From the IMG/VR virus record IMGVR_UViG_3300006183_000003: a DNA stretch of 16,465 nucleotides. One strand, 5' to 3'. The DNA is from a virus. The position numbers and the translations under genes are program-made. Positions 1 through 6,981 of the stretch are shown here, in pieces; positions within the stretch are counted from its first letter, which is position 1, and each line of letters opens with the position of its first letter. The notes below the pieces were generated by a model. The model was not told where the DNA came from, ran no database searches, and saw only the letters and a list, made by a program, of their open reading frames with translations.

Positions 1-34
1 CAGTGGGTTCCGGGTTCAAGTCCCGGGGGGTGTA
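1..34 (+). tRNA. 3' portion of a tRNA gene (end of anticodon stem, variable loop, T-arm, acceptor 3' strand); 5' part lies outside the window, isotype not assignable
   Basis: T stem is CCGGG (10-14) / CCCGG (22-26) with the canonical T-loop TTCAAGT (15-21). It is followed by the 7-nt acceptor strand GGGGTGT (27-33) and discriminator A (34). CCA is not encoded. Confidence 0.5.
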
Positions 35-36
35 CT
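1..36 (+). repeat. attL core: 36-bp direct repeat identical to 16430..16465
   Basis: CAGTGGGTTCCGGGTTCAAGTCCCGGGGGGTGTACT occurs at 1-36 and again, base for base, at 16430-16465. Confidence 0.85.
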
Positions 37-265
37 TTCCAGTCACGAGCCACTCGTAGGGTGCGCCCGTCTTCAGTGCCCACAGCCGAAGCGTCTGCAC
101 GCCCGGCTGGACTCGATCATTCATCCAAGTGCTGACGGTCGTGGGCTCGACGTCGAGGTAGTCGGCCATTTCGCCCCGGCTGACGCCGGCCACCTTCATG
201 GCGCGCTTCATCCTGTCGCCGAGCGTGAACGCGAAGCGATCGGGCATGGTCTGAGTGATGGTCAT
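1..265 (-). CDS. XRE/Cro-CI family HTH repressor, prophage form; 3' end runs through the att core and out of the window
   Basis: This ORF is absent from the ORF track because no stop occurs inside the window. From ATG at 265-263 the reverse frame reads MTITQTMPDRFAFTLGDRMKRAMKVAGVSRGEMADYLDVEPTTVSTWMNDRVQPGVQTLRLWALKTGAPYEWLVTGKYTPRDLNPEPT (88 codons) and continues past position 1. The HTH (VSRGEMADYLDVEPTTVSTWMN) is typical of the XRE family. Track ORF 117..335(-) is an Arg-rich off-frame overlapping it. Confidence 0.8.
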   Translation of the reverse strand, partial: MTITQTMPDRFAFTLGDRMKRAMKVAGVSRGEMADYLDVEPTTVSTWMNDRVQPGVQTLRLWALKTGAPYEWLVTGKYTPRDLNPEPT

Positions 266-307
266 GGGGCGATTCTCGCATAACGTTGTGCCCGCTTGCA
301 ATACGGC

Positions 308-349
308 CAGATCGCAACCTTGTGCCAGATCGCACAATGTGCGATGATC
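308..349. promoter_or_regulatory. Operator-like palindrome(s) in the divergent repressor/early intergenic region
   Basis: A perfect palindrome ATCGCAC-AAT-GTGCGAT lies at 329-345. A degenerate copy, ATCGCA-ACCT-TGTGCC, lies at 311-326. CAGATCGCA is directly repeated at 308-316 and 326-334. The region lies just upstream of the ATG at 357. Promoter hexamers could not be assigned confidently by eye. Confidence 0.55.
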
Positions 350-356
350 CAACACT

Positions 357-545
357 ATGAACGATGAAGAACTGCTCGACACTGCGCAGGTGCAGCGCGA
401 GCTCGGCTTCAAGTCACCATCGGCCGTCTCGAAGATGGTCAAGCGCGGAGCGCTGGACCCCATCAAGAAGCACCGCGGCGTCCGCGGACCCTTCCTGTTC
501 TCTCGCGCCGACGTCGATCGCATCAAGCAGGAGCGTGCGTCGTGA
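357..545 (+). CDS. Excisionase-family (MerR-like) HTH small DNA-binding protein; Cro and/or Xis candidate
   Basis: This 62-aa ORF is divergent from the repressor. LLDTAQVQRELGFKSPSAVSKMVKRGALDP...FLFSRADVDRI matches the excisionase-type HTH pattern (HTH followed by a wing, then xxxDV/L). Confidence 0.75.
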   Translation: MNDEELLDTAQVQRELGFKSPSAVSKMVKRGALDPIKKHRGVRGPFLFSRADVDRIKQERAS

Positions 546-694
546 AGACGCGGTCGACGCATGTTGGTGGGTGGCGGTTCCGGTTGAAGGTGCTGCCGTG
601 GGCGCAGCTGTTCGCGGGCGGGTTCTTCGTATTCACGCTGCTCGCGGCGGGGGTTCTCGCTCTGGTGATCGCGACCGCTGGGGGTGCCCGATGA
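542..694 (+). CDS. Small membrane protein (50 aa), hypothetical
   Basis: GTG at 542 overlaps the preceding TGA (GTGA). Translation is VKTRSTHVGGWRFRLKVLPWAQLFAGGFFVFTLLAAGVLALVIATAGGAR, with one clear TM helix and high GC3. It is below the ORF-track size cutoff. Its stop overlaps the next ATG (ATGA at 691-694). Confidence 0.5.
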   Translation: MKTRSTHVGGWRFRLKVLPWAQLFAGGFFVFTLLAAGVLALVIATAGGAR

Positions 695-918
695 CTCCGG
701 GTGCGGCCGTGGTGCGGTCGACGATGGCGAGCATCCTGTCCGACCTCGCCCGCCGCCTGCTCGATCTGGGGCAGCGGCGTCCTGCGCAGCAGCTGAACTT
801 GCAGGCCGAGATGGTCGCCGCTGGTGGCGACCTCGACGTCGCGGAGGCGTGGCGGGATGCCGGCCGCGTGTATGTGGCCGAGCTCGAGGCAGCGGCAGGG
901 GGGGGCGAAGCTTCGTGA
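691..918 (+). CDS. Hypothetical early protein (75 aa)
   Basis: This is the in-frame tail of track ORF 364..918. ATG 691 forms an ATGA overlap with the upstream micro-ORF. The sequence MTPGAAVVRSTMASILSDLARRLLDLGQ... looks helical, whereas the track ORF upstream of 691 is Arg/Ser-rich off-frame sequence. Confidence 0.55.
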   Translation: MTPGAAVVRSTMASILSDLARRLLDLGQRRPAQQLNLQAEMVAAGGDLDVAEAWRDAGRVYVAELEAAAGGGEAS

Positions 919-1025
919 ACGTCTCTGATCCGATCCTCGACGTGGTCGTGTGGATTTCGCTCGGCGTGATCGCCGTGACCTTGTGGGCGGCCGTTGTCAC
1001 CTTCGGCATCCGGGGTGACCTGTGA
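915..1025 (+). CDS. Small membrane protein (36 aa), hypothetical
   Basis: GTG 915 forms a GTGA overlap with the preceding gene. Translation is VNVSDPILDVVVWISLGVIAVTLWAAVVTFGIRGDL, with one TM helix and high GC3. Its stop overlaps the next GTG. Confidence 0.45.
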   Translation: MNVSDPILDVVVWISLGVIAVTLWAAVVTFGIRGDL

Positions 1026-1312
1026 CCGCCCCCTGCTCGGCCATGTGGACCGATCACGTGCTGCCGCTCACCCACCACTGCGGAGGTGACGAGGGGCATC
1101 CGGGGCCGCACAGTTGCGCGGCCTGCACACAGAACCTGGCCGGGGCGGCAGGCGCGCAAACCAGAAAGGAACCCTTGCAGGGGGGCGCCGACGGGAACCG
1201 CCCCGGCCCGGAGCTCGTGACCGCGGAGTGCGGCCCGTTCTGGGCGCACGAGGACTGCGACGACCCGGGATGCACGTGCCGCTGCCATGAATCCGGAGGT
1301 TCCGAGTCATGA
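1022..1312 (+). CDS. Cys/His-rich small protein (96 aa), putative zinc-binding
   Basis: The track ORF contains nine Cys, including HHCGG...HSCAAC and CDDPGCTCRCH clusters. It has a GTGA overlap upstream and an ATGA overlap downstream. Confidence 0.55.
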   Translation: MTAPCSAMWTDHVLPLTHHCGGDEGHPGPHSCAACTQNLAGAAGAQTRKEPLQGGADGNRPGPELVTAECGPFWAHEDCDDPGCTCRCHESGGSES

Positions 1313-1689
1313 GCGCCGCCGAGGATCGATACCCCGAGGTGGCTCCGTTCGTCGCGTCGATGTACGCCGAGCTCGAGGCAAACGCACACAAGGGCGACCA
1401 GGCGGGCTGGCGGCTGATGACGCTTCGCCAGGCGTGGCAGGAGATCTCGTGGCACACCGCGAAGCTCGCAGTCGCGATCAAGGGGAACGACGACGAGCGG
1501 ATGAGGGAGTACGCGGCCGACGTCGCGAACGGCTGCATGATGCTCGTCGACATCCTGAACCACGGAGAGGTCGACAGGTGTCCGGCGTGTGGGTGGGTGA
1601 CCACCGTCGAGAACCCCGCTTGCCCGTGGCACGCGATGCGCGAAGCGAAGGGCGAAATCCCTGAATCGTCCGATTCCGGGAGGTCATGA
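1309..1689 (+). CDS. All-alpha NTP pyrophosphohydrolase-like (MazG/DUF550-like) protein with C-terminal Cys4-type ribbon
   Basis: 126 aa. YAELEANAHKGDQAGW...LRQAWQEISWHTAKL...MREYAADVANGCMMLVD resembles the phage MazG-like helix pair (E..E ... E..ADVAN..MM..D). It is followed by CPACGW...CPWH. The function is recognised by eye only. Confidence 0.55.
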   Translation: MSAAEDRYPEVAPFVASMYAELEANAHKGDQAGWRLMTLRQAWQEISWHTAKLAVAIKGNDDERMREYAADVANGCMMLVDILNHGEVDRCPACGWVTTVENPACPWHAMREAKGEIPESSDSGRS

Positions 1690-1940
1690 GCATGTGGATC
1701 GCGACCTACACGCAGCCGATCGACGCCGAGACGTTGGTTGAGCTGCTGACGGGACTCAAGACGGAGTGGCCCGACTACAAGCTGGTTGTTCGTTCGACCT
1801 GGGAGGAAGAGCTGGAGGTGTACGGGTATCTGCCGGAGTGTGACCGAGGGCCTTGCTACCTCGGCGCTGGTCATGATGGCGACTGTCAGCCGGGGCCGTC
1901 GGTGCGCTCGGAACCGTCCGATTCCGGGAGCAGCACGTGA
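1686..1940 (+). CDS. Hypothetical early protein (84 aa)
   Basis: This track ORF has an ATGA overlap upstream. An alternative ATG at 1692 is better spaced from the GGGAGG at 1678-1683. The C-terminal part contains CDRGPCYLGAGHDGDC. Confidence 0.6.
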   Translation: MSMWIATYTQPIDAETLVELLTGLKTEWPDYKLVVRSTWEEELEVYGYLPECDRGPCYLGAGHDGDCQPGPSVRSEPSDSGSST

Positions 1941-2073
1941 CCATCTCGGCCGCCATCCTTGTCGGCCTCGGCATGGGCCTTATCGGTGGCTTCCTCGGCC
2001 ACCTCATCGTGATGAGCGACCACCACGAATCACAGGATTCCGGCCCTGAGCCGGTGAACGAAAGGAACACACC

Positions 2074-2077
<4 letters not shown>
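1937..2077 (+). CDS. Small membrane protein (46 aa), hypothetical
   Basis: GTG 1937 forms a GTGA overlap with the preceding gene. Translation is VTISAAILVGLGMGLIGGFLGHLIVMSDHHESQDSGPEPVNERNTP, with one TM helix. Its TGA overlaps ATG 2074 (ATGA). It is below the ORF-track cutoff. Confidence 0.45.
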
Positions 2078-2904
<827 letters not shown>

Positions 2905-2914
2905 AATCCAGACT

Positions 2915-2956
2915 CCGTGTGACCCTGCACGCCCGCCCGCGTGTGGGGTCACACGG
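2915..2956 (+). terminator. Strong hairpin after the early operon (candidate terminator or attenuator; no U-tract)
   Basis: CCGTGTGACCC (2915-2925) pairs perfectly with GGGTCACACGG (2946-2956), giving an 11-bp stem and a 20-nt GC-rich loop. It starts 11 nt after the stop at 2904. Confidence 0.4.
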
Positions 2957-3003
2957 CTACCCGAAGTGGTGTGGATGCCTTGGTGCGTCCCCGCCGATTC
3001 ACC

Positions 3004-3020
3004 GTCAACCGGGGGTTGAC
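3004..3020. promoter_or_regulatory. Palindrome GTCAACC-GGG-GGTTGAC abutting the start codon at 3022
   Basis: Perfect 7-bp inverted arms lie at 3004-3010 and 3014-3020. The G-run that could serve as the SD is inside the palindrome. Confidence 0.35.
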
Positions 3021-3021
3021 C

Positions 3022-3261
3022 ATGAAAGTTGAGACGAGTGAGTACCTGCGGATGCTTGCCCGGATGCTGGCTGCCGCGGGACGACGCGTTGCGGAGGCGG
3101 ACGAGGATGAGCTCGCGCAGCTCGTTGCGTTGCGTGACGTGTTGGAGAGCGCGATCGAGGCTGGTGTGCGTGGTCAGCGTGCCTCGGGGTCGTCGCTGGC
3201 TCAGATCGGCCGTGGGCTGGGCGTGAGCAAGCAGGCCGTGCACAAGAGGTGGGCGTCGTGA
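3022..3261 (+). CDS. Small HTH DNA-binding protein (79 aa)
   Basis: The preferred start is ATG 3022 rather than track start GTG 2941, which lies inside the hairpin. The C-terminal HTH is SLAQIGRGLGVSKQAVHKRW, preceded by a helical acidic segment. A small-terminase-like or regulatory role cannot be resolved. Confidence 0.6.
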   Translation: MKVETSEYLRMLARMLAAAGRRVAEADEDELAQLVALRDVLESAIEAGVRGQRASGSSLAQIGRGLGVSKQAVHKRWAS

Positions 3262-3878
3262 GCTGGCAGGCGACGGAGGTCGTTGACCAGCTGCCCTACG
3301 ACCTGGTCAAGCCTCTCGCGTTCCGGGTGCTGTTGAAGCTGGCGAACGTCGCGGACCCGGAGGGGCGGCGTGCGTGGCGGTCGAAGTTCGAGCTGGCGAA
3401 CGAGCTCGGTGTCGATCAGCGTTCCATCCAGCGGGCATTGCGGGAGCTCGAGCAGGCACACCTGATCCGTAAGGGGGATCAGAAGTTCGTCACGCACATC
3501 CGCGCCGGGTACCGGCCGACCGTCTACGACATTGTCATGCGCCGCCCCGGTGACCACGGAATGCAGCCCCTCGATGACGGCATGGAGGAAGTTGAGACCA
3601 GGGGAGACACGGTTATCCACAACCCCGTGAGGGGAGACACGAGGGGAGACACGGACAGTTCCACAGAGGAACTAAAGAACCATCTACTTAACACTCAAGA
3701 AGAATCTCTAGACCCAGCCGCGCGCGAGCACGAGGCCCTCCGGTCAAGGTGCGCCCCGCCGTTCAAGGCGCACGAGTTCGTGGGCGGGATCTGCATCCAC
3801 GGGTGCGGCGTCTATGCCGACGGTCGAGTCGAGGACCCCAGGACCGGGCTCACGATCCTCGAGGCGGTGCCGCGATGA
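3258..3878 (+). CDS. Winged-helix DNA-binding protein, replication-initiator-like (alternative: small-terminase-like)
   Basis: GTG 3258 forms a GTGA overlap with the preceding gene (track start is 3249, in frame). The N-terminal wHTH is FRVLLKLANVADPEGRRAWRSKFELANELGVDQRSIQRALRELEQAHLIRKG, as in DnaD/replication-organiser-type phage proteins. The gene contains a triple DNA repeat plus an AT-rich patch. Confidence 0.65.
   Translation: MSWQATEVVDQLPYDLVKPLAFRVLLKLANVADPEGRRAWRSKFELANELGVDQRSIQRALRELEQAHLIRKGDQKFVTHIRAGYRPTVYDIVMRRPGDHGMQPLDDGMEEVETRGDTVIHNPVRGDTRGDTDSSTEELKNHLLNTQEESLDPAAREHEALRSRCAPPFKAHEFVGGICIHGCGVYADGRVEDPRTGLTILEAVPR
3600..3654 (+). repeat. Three direct copies of AGGGGAGACACG (iteron-like) inside CDS 3258..3878
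   Basis: The copies lie at 3600-3611, 3630-3641 and 3642-3653 and encode a repeated RGDT. They are immediately followed by the most AT-rich stretch of the window (about 3655-3712). Confidence 0.6.
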
Positions 3879-4171
3879 GCGAGTGGCACCGCGATCCGGT
3901 CTACGTGAAGAACTCACGACAGGTGCGTCGCATCCTCACCCCGCAGATCGAGCACGGCGAGTACGTGCGGTGCGTCAACTGCGGACGCCCCGTGCACGAG
4001 GGGCAGCGCTGGGACGTGGGGCACATCGTGGCACCGAGGCACGGCGGCACCCACGACCTCTCGAACCTCGGCGCGGCACACCGTCGCTGCAACCGTAGCG
4101 ATGGTGGCCGTGAGGGTGCGGCCATCACGAACCGCGGTAGCCGCAGGGCTCGCCGTCTGCCGAGTTGGTGA
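3875..4171 (+). CDS. HNH endonuclease (packaging-associated)
   Basis: ATG 3875 forms an ATGA overlap with the preceding gene, giving 98 aa. CVNCGRPV...WDVGHIVAPRHGGTHDLSNLGAAHRRCNRSDG is a classic HNH motif. The gene lies directly upstream of the large terminase, as in HK97-like cos phages. Confidence 0.85.
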   Translation: MSEWHRDPVYVKNSRQVRRILTPQIEHGEYVRCVNCGRPVHEGQRWDVGHIVAPRHGGTHDLSNLGAAHRRCNRSDGGREGAAITNRGSRRARRLPSW

Positions 4172-5907
4172 CGGCGATGGGTCGACCGAAGCTGAGCTAC
4201 ACCACGCAGCAGCACCAGCCGCTGTCCCTGCTCGACGAGGAGGTCGAGGCGGAGGCGGGCTTTTTTTCAGCGACGCCGCCACCCCCGCCTACGGCTCTCA
4301 AAGCGGCTTCTCCCCCCGAAATAAAAAATAACTCGGGCCGGAAAATCGCGGCAGACTTCCCGCCGGACCTGACCGGCAACCCTCTGCTCGAGGAGGCCGC
4401 TTGGCTCGATCTGCGCTCTCGTGCGCTCACTCCCAAGCACGTCTCGGAGCTCGTCACGAGCGATCGGGATCGGCGCGAGTTCCTCGAGGGCGCAAGGCTG
4501 CTCCGCCTCGACGGTGCAACGCGCCAAGGGGACCGGCGCCTGCAACCTCAGCAGCTCGTCATCGCGGATATGCTCGCCGCCGGCCACAAGCACAACGCGG
4601 TCATCATCCCGCGCCGCGGCACCAAGTCCACCTCGGTCTACATGACAGGTATCGGGCGCGCGGTGCATCGTGAGGACTACCGGGTCGGGATCTTCGACAC
4701 CCGCTCCGGGAAGGCCGGCCGGTCACGGTTCCTCAAGGACGTGGCGCCGCACCTCGAGCGCCTCTACCCGGACAAGCGCAGCCGTCCCTTCACCGTGGTG
4801 CGGATCGCGGGCATGGAGGGCATGTCGTTCGCGCGCACCGGCGGCGGGGTCGTCAACTGGCTCTCCACGATCGACGACATCCGCGGCGAGGCGTTCGACA
4901 TGCTGGTCCTCGACGAGGCCGGCGAGCCCCGCGACCCGGGGTTCGTGTCCGAGATCATGGCCGCCGCGCTGCCGACCTTCGACACCCGCCCCGATGGGCA
5001 GCTCGTCATCATCGGCACCGCGGGCCGGTTCAAGGCCGGCAACATGCTCTGGGACGCGCTCGAGCAAGGCCGCAACGGGTCCGGCGGCATCGTGGAGTAC
5101 GCCGCGCCTGACGGAATCACCGACGAGCAGCTCGAGGCGTGGGAACCCACCGAGGAGCACCCCTACGCCCGGGTGCGCGAGCTCGTCGAGCTCACCCATC
5201 CAGGCGTCGACACCCTCACCACCATCGAGACCATCCACGGCAACTACGATCTCTCGACCGACGTGGAGAAGTTCGCGCGCGAGTACCTGTCAATCTTCGG
5301 CAACATCGGCGAGAGCGTCGGCCTCATCGACCCCACCAAATGGGCAGATGGCGGCACCGGCGGCGACCTCCCGACCCCGCCGCCGAACTTCGCCCTCGCC
5401 TTCGCCCCGCACCCCGACCAGCTGTGCGGGTCGATCGTCGCCGCCTGGCGCGACAAGAAGGGCCGCGCGCACGTGCTCATGCTCGAGCACAAGACCAACG
5501 TGAAGTGGATGGCCGCCGAAACCGCCCGCCTCGCCCGCAAGTACCAGCGCCGCCTCACCTACGACGGGAAATCGCAGGTCGCCCTCAACATCGTCGAGGA
5601 CCTCACCCGCGCCCGGCCCCGGCCCCGCATGGACCCCCGCGACGTCACCGACGTGAAGCAGGGAGCCGCGCTCCTCGTCGATGAGATTCACCGCGGCAAC
5701 CTCACCCACTACCGCCAACCCGAGCTCGACCTCGCCGCCCGCCGGGTCCTCAAGCGCTCCATCGGCGTCAACGGGTGGGCCTTCGGCCGCGGCCGCGACT
5801 TCGACATGGACATCACCCCCCTCGAAGCCGCAGCCCTCGCCCTCCTCGCCTACGACCAAGGCCAACCCCGCACCACCGGCAAACCCGCCATCACCTTCGC
5901 CGCATAG
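4168..5907 (+). CDS. terL: Terminase large subunit with ~110-aa low-complexity N-terminal extension
   Basis: GTG 4168 forms a GTGA overlap (alternatives: TTG 4165, ATG 4177). Landmarks are the Q-motif-like LQPQQLVIADML, the P-loop-like IIPRRGTKST and the Walker B FDMLVLDEAGE. Size and position upstream of the portal fit a large terminase. No in-frame ATG/GTG/TTG exists between 4177 and 4572. Confidence 0.85.
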   Translation: MTAMGRPKLSYTTQQHQPLSLLDEEVEAEAGFFSATPPPPPTALKAASPPEIKNNSGRKIAADFPPDLTGNPLLEEAAWLDLRSRALTPKHVSELVTSDRDRREFLEGARLLRLDGATRQGDRRLQPQQLVIADMLAAGHKHNAVIIPRRGTKSTSVYMTGIGRAVHREDYRVGIFDTRSGKAGRSRFLKDVAPHLERLYPDKRSRPFTVVRIAGMEGMSFARTGGGVVNWLSTIDDIRGEAFDMLVLDEAGEPRDPGFVSEIMAAALPTFDTRPDGQLVIIGTAGRFKAGNMLWDALEQGRNGSGGIVEYAAPDGITDEQLEAWEPTEEHPYARVRELVELTHPGVDTLTTIETIHGNYDLSTDVEKFAREYLSIFGNIGESVGLIDPTKWADGGTGGDLPTPPPNFALAFAPHPDQLCGSIVAAWRDKKGRAHVLMLEHKTNVKWMAAETARLARKYQRRLTYDGKSQVALNIVEDLTRARPRPRMDPRDVTDVKQGAALLVDEIHRGNLTHYRQPELDLAARRVLKRSIGVNGWAFGRGRDFDMDITPLEAAALALLAYDQGQPRTTGKPAITFAA

Positions 5908-5913
5908 TGTGTC

Positions 5914-6978
5914 GTGATCGCACAATGTGTGATGATCTGCCAAACTACAACCGTGGGATTCTGGAATTGGTTGCTGGGGCGTCCTGCTCCGACTGCTCCG
6001 GCGTCCCCGTATGCGAGCGGGTCGGATCTGGTGCAGCTCACCGTGAAGGAGCTGTTCGGGGATCTCGATCCGCAGATCGTGACGGAGGACATCGCATCCC
6101 GGGTGCCGGGGCTGAGGCGTGCGCACGCGGCGCACTGCGGTCTGGTCGCGTCGATCCCGTTCGCGCAGTACGACAAGGCGACCCGTCTGGCCGAGCAACC
6201 GTCGTGGCTGTCGACGTCGCAGTCGGGCCGGTCGCCGTATCTGCGGTGGATGGGCATCACCTCCGACATGTTCTGGTGGCGGTGGGCGCTGCTGGCCGCT
6301 GAGCTCGGCCCGGACGGGTACCCAGCCGACGCGATCCACGTCCCGCAGGGATTCTGGTCCGTCGACGAGAACGGCGACATCCAGGTCGACGAGAAGGTCG
6401 TCGAGCCCCGCTACCGTGACCGGTTCATCCCCATCGATCTCGGCATCAACGGCGTCCTCACCGACGGGATCGACACCATCCGCTCCGCTCGCTGGCTCGA
6501 GCAGGCCTGGCAGAAGCGGGCCGAGAACCCCGTCGCGCAGACCGAGCTGCACCTCACCGAGGAGATCCAGCTCTCCCGCAAGGACAAGCTCAAGATGGCG
6601 CGCGACTACGAGGAAGGCCGCCGCGCCTACGCCACCTCCGTCACCCCCCACAACATCGAGGTCAAGCAGCACGGCATCGCCGCCGCCGACCTGTTCGAAT
6701 CCGGCCGCAACGCCGTCCGCCTCGACATCGCCAACATCGCCCTCGTCCCCGCATCCCTCATCGAGGGCGCCAAGAACGGCTCCGCGGGCGAGATCAGCTA
6801 CAGCAACGAGACCACCAAACGCAACGAGCTCTACGACTTCGGTACCGCCCTGTTCGTCAACGCCATCGCCGCCCGGCTCTCCGAGGACGACGTCTGCCCT
6901 CCCGGTCAGTCGATCCGACCCGAGCTCGCCGACCTCATGCAAGTACCCACCCCGACCCTCACCACCGTGGAGGACTGA
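5914..6978 (+). CDS. Portal protein (small, HK97-like); true start probably ATG 5932 or GTG 5953
   Basis: The gene lies immediately after terL and before the protease-capsid gene and encodes 342-354 aa. The central and C-terminal region (RNAVRLDIANIALVPASLIEGAKNG) is portal-like. An N-terminus VGFWNWLLGRP from GTG 5953 resembles typical portal starts. Confidence 0.7.
   Translation: MIAQCVMICQTTTVGFWNWLLGRPAPTAPASPYASGSDLVQLTVKELFGDLDPQIVTEDIASRVPGLRRAHAAHCGLVASIPFAQYDKATRLAEQPSWLSTSQSGRSPYLRWMGITSDMFWWRWALLAAELGPDGYPADAIHVPQGFWSVDENGDIQVDEKVVEPRYRDRFIPIDLGINGVLTDGIDTIRSARWLEQAWQKRAENPVAQTELHLTEEIQLSRKDKLKMARDYEEGRRAYATSVTPHNIEVKQHGIAAADLFESGRNAVRLDIANIALVPASLIEGAKNGSAGEISYSNETTKRNELYDFGTALFVNAIAARLSEDDVCPPGQSIRPELADLMQVPTPTLTTVED
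5916..5937. promoter_or_regulatory. Second copy of the operator-like palindrome (21/22 identical to 328-349) in the terminase-portal gap
   Basis: GATCGCACAATGTGTGATGATC (5916-5937) compares with GATCGCACAATGTGCGATGATC (328-349). It lies in the only sizeable non-coding gap of the late region. Confidence 0.5.
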
Positions 6979-6981
6979 CCC

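Noticed and set aside
117-335. Track ORF of 72 aa on the reverse strand at the left end
   Set aside because: It is an Arg/His-rich off-frame sequence. The real gene on this strand is the XRE repressor in another frame (265 to beyond position 1), which the track omitted because it has no stop in the window.
2941-3021. GTG 2941 as the start of the small HTH gene (track ORF 2941..3261)
   Set aside because: The first 27 codons lie inside the 2915-2956 hairpin and the regulatory gap, and they look off-frame-like (WGHTATRSGVDALVRPRRF). ATG 3022 with the upstream G-run is preferred.
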